Shown here: positions 58,770-64,000 of the stretch, in pieces | How the letters are laid out: each line of letters opens with the position of its first letter | Position numbering within the stretch: the first letter of the stretch is position 1 | IMG/VR virus record: IMGVR_UViG_3300047548_001390 | Coordinates: 1 to 64,000 of that record | Strand: one strand, 5' to 3' | Length of the DNA: 64,000 bases | From: a virus | Notes under the pieces: model-generated | What the model was told of the DNA's origin: nothing | Seen by the model: only the letters and a program-made list of their open reading frames with translations | The model's database searches: none | Translations under genes and position numbers: made by a program

Positions 58770-59179
58770 AGTATCTTAGGATGGGTCTTTTCGTACTCTT
58801 CTACCAATTGTTTCAAAGTCCACACTTCTTTTGTGTAAAGGTCATCCAACCATTCACGGAATCGATACCAATCTTCCTTATGCATTGGATGCACAGCGAT
58901 TTCTTCACCGTAGGGATCTCCCGTTCCGTGAACATCAATCCGACCAGTTGCCCACTGCTCACCATGCTCATCAGTCCATTTCTTACTAACTGGACCCATC
59001 CAATTCAAATAATAAGAAATTGCGTTCATGCGGTTTTCCTCTTTGCTGCACTTGTCGGTGGGAATGGGTGCCCAGTCAGCAGCCCACCCATTCTCTGTAC
59101 GGCGTAATTTACTTAGACAGTGAGTGTAATTAGATCGAACTAACGAGGAATTCTCGACTGCCGATTTGTCTTCACTCAT
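58745..59179 (-). CDS. hypothetical protein (alternative start 59029)
   Basis: ORF in the coupled operon. Confidence 0.55.
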   Translation of the reverse strand: MSEDKSAVENSSLVRSNYTHCLSKLRRTENGWAADWAPIPTDKCSKEENRMNAISYYLNWMGPVSKKWTDEHGEQWATGRIDVHGTGDPYGEEIAVHPMHKEDWYRFREWLDDLYTKEVWTLKQLVEEYEKTHPKILWLYGEPI

Positions 59180-59385
59180 TTGACATTATCCTTTATTGGC
59201 CACTGACCTATCAACTTATACATTTCTTCTAAGTCCTTATCCCACGGAATAAAAGCTCGAACCGAATCATTCATTCCCCACGACTTATTACACCGAGTGC
59301 ACCCAACTTTCCTTGATGTTGAGCTGAATGTCATTTGGACAATGTATTTGTGTCCAAATAGTGCGCAGAGAATTCTTTCAATCAT
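59176..59385 (-). CDS. small Zn-binding-like hypothetical protein (C.LFGH...C.RC)
   Basis: Motif pattern; ATGA-coupled. Confidence 0.6.
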   Translation of the reverse strand: MIERILCALFGHKYIVQMTFSSTSRKVGCTRCNKSWGMNDSVRAFIPWDKDLEEMYKLIGQWPIKDNVK

Positions 59386-59678
59386 GTGTTCTTCTCTTTT
59401 AATGCAGCTATAACGGCTTTAACGAAAGCAAACCTATCTTCTGTTTCAGCAGGCGATTTAACCCAAATTTCAAATATTTGCTCTTCTGTCAAGTCTACCC
59501 ACTCACGTTTAGGTGGTGCGGTGTAGAGTGGTGTCACTTGCCATCTGTCCCAAGCGTCTCCGGCAAATTCTTTGTTTGGAAATCTGTCTGAATATGTCCA
59601 ATGTGGTGGGCATATCATGTATCTCCACGCTACAGGATCCTGCTTTGCATCAAGATCATCAGTGTTCTCGCTTTTCAC
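59382..59678 (-). CDS. PLYTAPP/WVGLT-family mosaic protein
   Basis: PVAW..PLYTAPPKREWVDLT..FVKAV..LKEKN. Confidence 0.7.
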   Translation of the reverse strand: MKSENTDDLDAKQDPVAWRYMICPPHWTYSDRFPNKEFAGDAWDRWQVTPLYTAPPKREWVDLTEEQIFEIWVKSPAETEDRFAFVKAVIAALKEKNT

Positions 59679-59902
59679 GTGTTCTTCTCTCTCAGCTTAC
59701 CTTCGATGGTACGAGCGAATCTGATGTCCTCTGGAGACATTGCATCTAGATCGAAAGCCGTCAACCCAACCCACTCACGAGGAGCTTCATATGCAATCTT
59801 AGTTTCAAAAAGATCTTTCTGCCCAAGCTCCTCAAACCGTTCTTTGGAACACGACATATAGTCATCAAACCCTTTGCGTCTTACTAAGTAAATTGGCTTC
59901 AT
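59675..59902 (-). CDS. WVGLT-family mosaic protein
   Basis: REWVGLT..FARTIE.KLREKN. Confidence 0.7.
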   Translation of the reverse strand: MKPIYLVRRKGFDDYMSCSKERFEELGQKDLFETKIAYEAPREWVGLTAFDLDAMSPEDIRFARTIEGKLREKNT

Positions 59903-60102
59903 TTGTTATCGTCCCAAGCACCACATACACATTCATTTTCACTATGAGCTGCACAAATGCAAACTCGTCTAAGCTCACCTGTTTCTAGGTTTAGATCATA
60001 TCCTACGGTACCGAACGTATCACTCTGCATGACTAGAGTTGGATACCGTTCATCCTCGTAAGACAAGTAAACCCTAACTCCCAATTCTTCACTGGAAACC
60101 AT
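59899..60102 (-). CDS. small Cys-rich hypothetical protein
   Basis: CICAAH..ECVCGAW. Confidence 0.55.
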   Translation of the reverse strand: MVSSEELGVRVYLSYEDERYPTLVMQSDTFGTVGYDLNLETGELRRVCICAAHSENECVCGAWDDNK

Positions 60103-60460
60103 TCTTTTCCTTCAGTTCGTTTTCAATGACGCGAGCGAACCCTAAAACAAAATCCCTTGTACTTCTTTCAGGTTTCGATTGATCTTCCCATCTGCTCCAT
60201 ATTACATCGTCCGTCAACCCGACCCACGGTTGCTTGGGTGGTGCGGTGTATAAAGGTGTACCCTGTTGTCCCTCTCGATTCTCCACCCATGCGTCAAGGT
60301 GTAAGTCATAACGGAAGTAACCAAAAGGTTCTTGCTGCGCCTGCTCAAGTGCTTGGCGTAGTGCTTCAGCGGCGTATTTGTAATCATGAAAATTACCCTC
60401 GTTGTTAGAGGCAGATTCGAGCGCTTCCAACGCCATCTTCAATGCTTCGTCTTTAGTCAT
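60089..60460 (-). CDS. ALEALE/PLYTAPP/WVGLT-family mosaic protein
   Basis: MTKDEALKMALEALE..LRQALEQ..PLYTAPP..WVGLT..FAR.IE..LKEKN. Confidence 0.7.
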   Translation of the reverse strand: MTKDEALKMALEALESASNNEGNFHDYKYAAEALRQALEQAQQEPFGYFRYDLHLDAWVENREGQQGTPLYTAPPKQPWVGLTDDVIWSRWEDQSKPERSTRDFVLGFARVIENELKEKNGFQ

Positions 60461-60678
60461 TCTTTTACTCCAAAATGGTCTCTAACCACATCGCCTACAC
60501 TTTGACCCGCAGCGCGATTCTTTGATTGATTGCTGTGATTGGCAACTTGGGCACACTCACGCACGATCTGTTCAGCGAACTGCCGCAATTGATCCCGAGC
60601 ACAACCACTGTCAAAATATGCAGCATCGTAGTAAGCAGTCATTTCTGCGTCTACTAACTCTTTGATTCGTTTACTCAT
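60457..60678 (-). CDS. MNERI-family paralog 6
   Basis: MSKRIKEL/QFAEQIVREC/VRDHFGVKE. Confidence 0.75.
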   Translation of the reverse strand: MSKRIKELVDAEMTAYYDAAYFDSGCARDQLRQFAEQIVRECAQVANHSNQSKNRAAGQSVGDVVRDHFGVKE

Positions 60679-60857
60679 AACTGTTCCTTGGTGTACAGCG
60701 GTGTGTCGTACTCATGTTGAATGTGAAATTGACGCCATTCTTTATCTTCTCTTTCGTTCAACCATAATTTTCTATCCGGCGCAACATACACTCTTGAACG
60801 ATCAACAGCATCAAGGTATGCAACAGGCATCTCAGCGGCTTTTAGTTTGTCAGTCAT
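60675..60857 (-). CDS. PVAY..PLYT-family protein (start 60857)
   Basis: MPVAYL..TPLYT; SD GAGGAG upstream. Confidence 0.6.
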   Translation of the reverse strand: MTDKLKAAEMPVAYLDAVDRSRVYVAPDRKLWLNEREDKEWRQFHIQHEYDTPLYTKEQL

Positions 60858-60858
60858 C

Positions 60859-61125
60859 TCATTCTCCTCTTGCTTTTGCGATTGCGGCACGGGCTGCGTC
60901 AACTGGTATATCCATCCGTTCGCAGGCGTCAGCCAATACCGTTAGCGCATTTAACAGATCTGGTGCGGCGGCGATTAGGCGGGCGTTGGCAGCAACGTCA
61001 CCGCTGCCGCAGTCACGCACTTCAGCCAAGAAACCCGGCACTGCGCCAGCTATCATCCATTCGCCAGATGTAGGGCTTGGGTTTGCGCGAACTACGCGCC
61101 AGGGGGCAGGTGTGTGCTTACTCAT
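60859..61125 (-). CDS. HTP.PW/ANARLIAAAPDLL-family phage protein (start 61125)
   Basis: Characteristic motifs; GC-rich codons; SD GAGGAG. Confidence 0.75.
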   Translation of the reverse strand: MSKHTPAPWRVVRANPSPTSGEWMIAGAVPGFLAEVRDCGSGDVAANARLIAAAPDLLNALTVLADACERMDIPVDAARAAIAKARGE

Positions 61126-61393
61126 TGTTTTCTCCTCTTGCTCTAATAGCATTAGCGCATAACGTACATGCTGTATAAAACCGCTGGTCGTATTCTTGTT
61201 TGCTAGGACGCATTGACTCACACACCTCCGAACACGCCTCACGCTCCGCTAATACCGCTGCGTCAATATCGCTTGGCTGCTCAAGTGCTTGGCGCAGTGC
61301 AGTGATTGCAGCATCAAACATCTGAACGCTCATTTTGCTTTGGTATAACTCCAACGCCTCCAACGCCAGCTTCATTGCTTCTCGGTCAGTCAT
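61118..61393 (-). CDS. ALEALE/EREAC..AIRARG-family mosaic protein (start 61393)
   Basis: MTDREAMKLALEALE..LRQALEQ..AEREAC..CANAIRARGE. Confidence 0.7.
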   Translation of the reverse strand: MTDREAMKLALEALELYQSKMSVQMFDAAITALRQALEQPSDIDAAVLAEREACSEVCESMRPSKQEYDQRFYTACTLCANAIRARGENNE

Positions 61394-61619
61394 AATTTCT
61401 CTCCATTTTTGAAATTGCTTCACGCGCTACTGCATCTTTATCATCTAGGATATCAAACCCCATAGTATCGAAGTAACCGTTCCCGTCATTCACCATACGA
61501 CCCTCGTAATCATATGGATCAGCATAGAACTTTAATGCGGTTACAAGTTCAGCGTTTACTTTACTCAAACGCTCAATCTCATCATACAACGGTTTGACTG
61601 TGTGCCATTCTGGATTCAT
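61386..61619 (-). CDS. hypothetical protein (start 61619)
   Basis: EIERL..ALKFYAD..AREA. Confidence 0.6.
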   Translation of the reverse strand: MNPEWHTVKPLYDEIERLSKVNAELVTALKFYADPYDYEGRMVNDGNGYFDTMGFDILDDKDAVAREAISKMERNYD

Positions 61620-61765
61620 AATATAAAACTCATTAAAACAAACACAATAATGATGGCAATCACAGTAAGAATCACCTGACCAGCCCACTCAGTAATAAAA
61701 GGAGACAATGCCACCACACCAGCAATCACTGCAAAGAACATAATAAAATTCAATAATCTAATCAC
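61616..61765 (-). CDS. 49-aa two-TM membrane protein (absent from the ORF track)
   Basis: GTG start: MIRLLNFIMFFAVIAGVVALSPFITEWAGQVILTVIAIIIVFVLMSFIL*; fills the gap with overlaps on both sides. Confidence 0.55.
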   Translation of the reverse strand: MIRLLNFIMFFAVIAGVVALSPFITEWAGQVILTVIAIIIVFVLMSFIL

Positions 61766-61935
61766 TATTTGCTCGCATAAAACATTAGATAATCATACAC
61801 CGACTCAGGATCAATTTGCCACTGCTCATTTGGGGTCTTCAGATCAAATGCCTTGTTGGGAGAGTCCCACCACTTTGGAGCCATTTCTTTTCCCAGCATG
61901 GCCATAAGAAGAACATTACACCTCTTTCGTTTCAT
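61765..61935 (-). CDS. stand-alone MbcA/ParS/Xre antitoxin C-terminal domain-like protein (DUF2384-like)
   Basis: A.KWW.SPN.AF...TP......V..YL pattern. Confidence 0.6.
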   Translation of the reverse strand: MKRKRCNVLLMAMLGKEMAPKWWDSPNKAFDLKTPNEQWQIDPESVYDYLMFYASK

Positions 61936-62128
61936 CTCGTGCATCAGCAACCTCCTTAATTCCTAGTCCAATAAGACTCATTCTTGTGTTAAACTCTTCT
62001 ACTGTCTTTGGGTAGTCCTTTAGAGGATACTTCATTTCCCAGAACTCTAGATGGCCGTATAGGACATGATTAAAGTCACATACAGCTGAACATAAGGGAC
62101 ATATTAGGGTTTGTTTGCTGGTTTCCAT
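61916..62128 (-). CDS. hypothetical protein with CPLC motif
   Basis: 70 aa, downstream of promoter 62155-62184. Confidence 0.5.
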   Translation of the reverse strand: METSKQTLICPLCSAVCDFNHVLYGHLEFWEMKYPLKDYPKTVEEFNTRMSLIGLGIKEVADARDETKEV

Positions 62129-62154
62129 ATAGCTATCCTGTCGGCCGACACCCC

Positions 62155-62184
62155 ATTATACAAGTGCCCAGTTTTAAAGGTCAA
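62155..62184 (-). promoter_or_regulatory. early sigma70-type promoter
   Basis: TTGACC-18nt-TATAAT. Confidence 0.7.
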
Positions 62185-62186
62185 CT

Positions 62187-62378
62187 TTAGTTTTGGTCAG
62201 CCTCAATTGACATCATTTCGAACTGCTTCTGCAGCTCACGCTCCATCATCAGTTCGTCGTAGAGAATGTCAATCTCCTCATCACGAATTGACTCTGTTAC
62301 TGCTGCAATCATCTGGTTAATTTGATCAACGGTCATCATGATCTCCATATCGAATGTTATAAGCACCCCAAAGAGCAA
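62187..62378 (-). CDS. small acidic hypothetical protein (true start probably about 62339)
   Basis: SD GGAG before MMTVDQ. Confidence 0.5.
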   Translation of the reverse strand: MLFGVLITFDMEIMMTVDQINQMIAAVTESIRDEEIDILYDELMMERELQKQFEMMSIEADQN

Positions 62379-62547
62379 TTATACCACCAACAACAGCAAT
62401 CAGGACACCAGTGAACAGCTCAGTACCACTCTCAATTCCACCAACAGCACCCAACATCATAAACAAACCAATTGCAAAAGCGGTTGCGTAGAGTTTCATG
62501 TTCATTCCTTTATTAAACGAAATCGTAGGCAGTTTCAAAACCAACAC
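62326..62547 (-). CDS. small two-TM membrane protein (true start probably about 62499-62505)
   Basis: FAIGLFMMLGAVGGIE..VLIAVVGGIIALWG. Confidence 0.55.
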   Translation of the reverse strand: MLVLKLPTISFNKGMNMKLYATAFAIGLFMMLGAVGGIESGTELFTGVLIAVVGGIIALWGAYNIRYGDHDDR

Positions 62548-62728
62548 GGGAGGTGATCACACCGACTTCACCCTCCATCGAGTCCAGAATCAGCGTTTCC
62601 AGTTTGATGGCTTCTTTGATGGAACACTCAACAAACAGAGTGCCGTTGAAGAATTCAGCTTTCGATGGGTTGATGGCTTTGGTAATTTCGAGAACTTTGG
62701 CTTCGAATTCGATTGCGTCTGCTTTCAT
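62513..62728 (-). CDS. early hypothetical protein
   Basis: F.NGTLFVEC..VG.E.AYDFV; first gene after a promoter cassette. Confidence 0.65.
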   Translation of the reverse strand: MKADAIEFEAKVLEITKAINPSKAEFFNGTLFVECSIKEAIKLETLILDSMEGEVGVITSRVGFETAYDFV

Positions 62729-62732
62729 TTTA

Positions 62733-62791
62733 TTTAACTCCGTTTTGTTAACTGATAACCCATTATAGCAATTAATTGATATTTGGTCAAC
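62733..62791 (-). promoter_or_regulatory. repeated early promoter+leader+RBS cassette, copy 1
   Basis: TTGACC-17-TATAAT-GGGTTATCAGTTAA..GGAG. Confidence 0.85.
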
Positions 62792-62816
62792 AGGGTAACC
62801 TCTTGTTTTTACAGGT

Positions 62817-62852
62817 AAAAAAATGCCCGGGGAATTTTCATTCTACCCGGGC
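62817..62852 (-). terminator. rho-independent terminator
   Basis: GCCCGGG..GAAT-GAAA-ATTC..CCCGGGC followed by ATTTTTTT. Confidence 0.8.
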
Positions 62853-62858
62853 GAGGAT

Positions 62859-63059
62859 TTAACAGTATGGATCAAAATCCTCCCATTCCTTCAGTTCATC
62901 TACGTCTGTATCATACGTGTACTGAGGATCTGCGTCAATAATTTCAATCAGCTCTTCAGCCTCTACAAGAGCCTGAGCGTCACTTCGGCTCATTCCCTGC
63001 TCGATGTAACACTCAACTCGAGCTTCATATTCCTTGGGATCCATATTACTGCTCTGCAA
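62859..63059 (-). CDS. small acidic early protein
   Basis: YEARV....EQG..RSDAQ.LV.AE; W.DFDP.C. Confidence 0.6.
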   Translation of the reverse strand: MQSSNMDPKEYEARVECYIEQGMSRSDAQALVEAEELIEIIDADPQYTYDTDVDELKEWEDFDPYC

Positions 63060-63360
63060 GACTCAAAAGTTCTTCGTACGAAAGGCTTTTCTCAGGGAAA
63101 GCGATTTTACCCTCGTACTCAAGCTGGCTGATTTCGAAATCGGACATATAGTCGTCTTCTTCGAAGGAAATGTCAACAACATGCTGCATGAACATGGGTT
63201 CACCCACTTCCAGAACCACAGCAGATCTGGATAGATCGAACATGCTGATACCAGCAGGAAGGTTGGTGACTTTCACTTGTTCACCGCCCTTGGGTTTCCA
63301 GTAAGGAGCGTCTGCTTCGCCGTAGTTTTCGTAGACTTGGGTATGGATGACTGCAATCAT
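63046..63360 (-). CDS. early hypothetical protein (start 63360)
   Basis: I.TQ..ENYG....PYWK.KGG..FE.SQLEYEG.I.FP; RBS supplied by cassette copy 2. Confidence 0.7.
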   Translation of the reverse strand: MIAVIHTQVYENYGEADAPYWKPKGGEQVKVTNLPAGISMFDLSRSAVVLEVGEPMFMQHVVDISFEEDDYMSDFEISQLEYEGKIAFPEKSLSYEELLSLAEQ

Positions 63361-63361
63361 T

Positions 63362-63421
63362 TTTAACTCCTGTTTGCTTAACTGATAACCCATTGTACTA
63401 ATTAATTGATTTTTGGTCAAC
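63362..63421 (-). promoter_or_regulatory. repeated early promoter+leader+RBS cassette, copy 2
   Basis: TTGACC-17-TACAAT-GGGTTATCAGTTAAGCAAACAGGAG. Confidence 0.85.
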
Positions 63422-63433
63422 CGTTATCGTTCA

Positions 63434-63580
63434 CTACAGCACATCATACTCGGAGATCACAACATCCATCGACTTCACAGCGCTTTCGCTCCAGCAGCTT
63501 TTAGCGTAGGTCAATGCTTTGTCCTTAGAGTCAAACACGCCATATATCGTACCTCTATAGTTTACAATATAGACCTTCAC
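63434..63580 (-). CDS. 48-aa early protein (GTG start 63580)
   Basis: MKVYIV..I.GVFDS.DKA; RBS from cassette copy 3. Confidence 0.6.
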   Translation of the reverse strand: MKVYIVNYRGTIYGVFDSKDKALTYAKSCWSESAVKSMDVVISEYDVL

Positions 63581-63581
63581 T

Positions 63582-63641
63582 TTTAGCTCCTGTTTGCTTA
63601 ACTGATAACCCATTGTACCAAAGTGACCAATTAATGTCAAC
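63582..63641 (-). promoter_or_regulatory. repeated early promoter+leader+RBS cassette, copy 3
   Basis: TTGACA-17-TACAAT-GGGTTATCAGTTAAGCAAACAGGAG. Confidence 0.85.
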
Positions 63642-63804
63642 AGGCTTCCCCGTTGCGGCGAGCGTCTTCATCAAACATAGCCAAGTCAAATTCAAGTTCC
63701 CGGGCGCACGCGGGGGACATATTGTAGAGCTTTGCAACGAGTTCCTGCAGGGAGTTGTTGCTAAGATTAGAGAGTTGCAGAGCAATCATTTCAATTGAGT
63801 TCAT
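63637..63804 (-). CDS. 55-aa early protein (absent from the ORF track)
   Basis: SD AAGGAG; MNSIEMIALQLSNLSNNSLQELV...GEAC*; stop overlaps the -35 of cassette 3. Confidence 0.6.
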   Translation of the reverse strand: MNSIEMIALQLSNLSNNSLQELVAKLYNMSPACARELEFDLAMFDEDARRNGEAC

Positions 63805-63826
63805 GTAGTTCTCCTTAAGAACCCTG

Positions 63827-63855
63827 AGCTTATGACAAATTCAAATAAAGGTCAA
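63827..63855 (-). promoter_or_regulatory. possible sigma70-type promoter
   Basis: TTGACC-17-TAAGCT. Confidence 0.45.
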
Positions 63856-64000
63856 CTATCGAGTCCAAAGTCTTTCTTAGTCTTCCAGATTGCAAAATCA
63901 AGATCCCCCTCACAGGTTTCCATGTTTTTGATACAGCGTGCAGCGATCAACTTAGCGAACTTGTCAAGCTCCTTATCGTACCGGGCAGCCCAATCAATCA
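63852..64000 (-). CDS. MNERI-family paralog 7, C-terminal part (starts beyond the window)
   Basis: ..IDWAARYDKELDKFAKLIAARC..KKDFGLDS*. Confidence 0.65.
   Translation of the reverse strand, partial: IDWAARYDKELDKFAKLIAARCIKNMETCEGDLDFAIWKTKKDFGLDS

Noticed and set aside
63361-63640. Shared N-terminal peptide MGYQLSKQELK in two track ORFs
   Set aside because: It is the translated promoter/leader repeat; the real starts are 63360 and 63580
1-64000. DGR template repeat or reverse transcriptase within the window
   Set aside because: By eye I found no third copy of the IMH/VR sequence and no ORF with RT motifs, so an active DGR cannot be claimed from this window
1-64000. tRNA or rRNA genes
   Set aside because: No cloverleaf or T-loop signature seen in the short intergenic gaps; not tested with tRNAscan

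Overview
A 64-kb segment of a large T4-like myovirus with a cyanomyovirus-style gene order (no gp24 after gp23). The host is inferred to be a proteobacterium. Almost all genes are on the minus strand. From left to right the window holds the gp55 late sigma N-terminus, uvsW, uvsY, gp3, head genes gp23-22-21-20, tail genes gp19-18, terminase gp17, gp15-14-13, a glycosyltransferase cluster, a hypervariable fibre/adhesin island (about 20.6-35.5 kb), baseplate genes (DUF4815-like pair, gp8, gp7, gp6, gp25, gp5, hub, gp53, gp48) and gp4. An early accessory region of tiny translationally coupled ORFs follows, driven by repeated sigma70 promoter cassettes. There are three free-standing homing endonucleases. 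Main finding: a fibre-island gene (32624-33973) has two tandem DUF1566/CLec domains, each ending in a variable region with the adenine-mutagenesis signature of a diversity-generating retroelement (DGR). It is followed by a truncated, frameshifted avd-like remnant, and no template repeat or reverse transcriptase is seen in the window. This is either a fossil or a remotely driven two-target DGR in a T4-like phage. Other notable items: an output-less PAS protein co-transcribed with a holin-like protein, a Gly-X-Ser repeat fibre near glycosyltransferases (including a split GT9), a deletion scar fusing two fibre genes, a gp5 carrying both GH19 and M15 peptidase domains, a seven-member paralog array with fixed scaffold and variable loops, a stand-alone MbcA/ParS-like antitoxin domain, and an antisense sigma70 promoter near uvsW. 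All family assignments come from motif recognition by eye; no searches were run.
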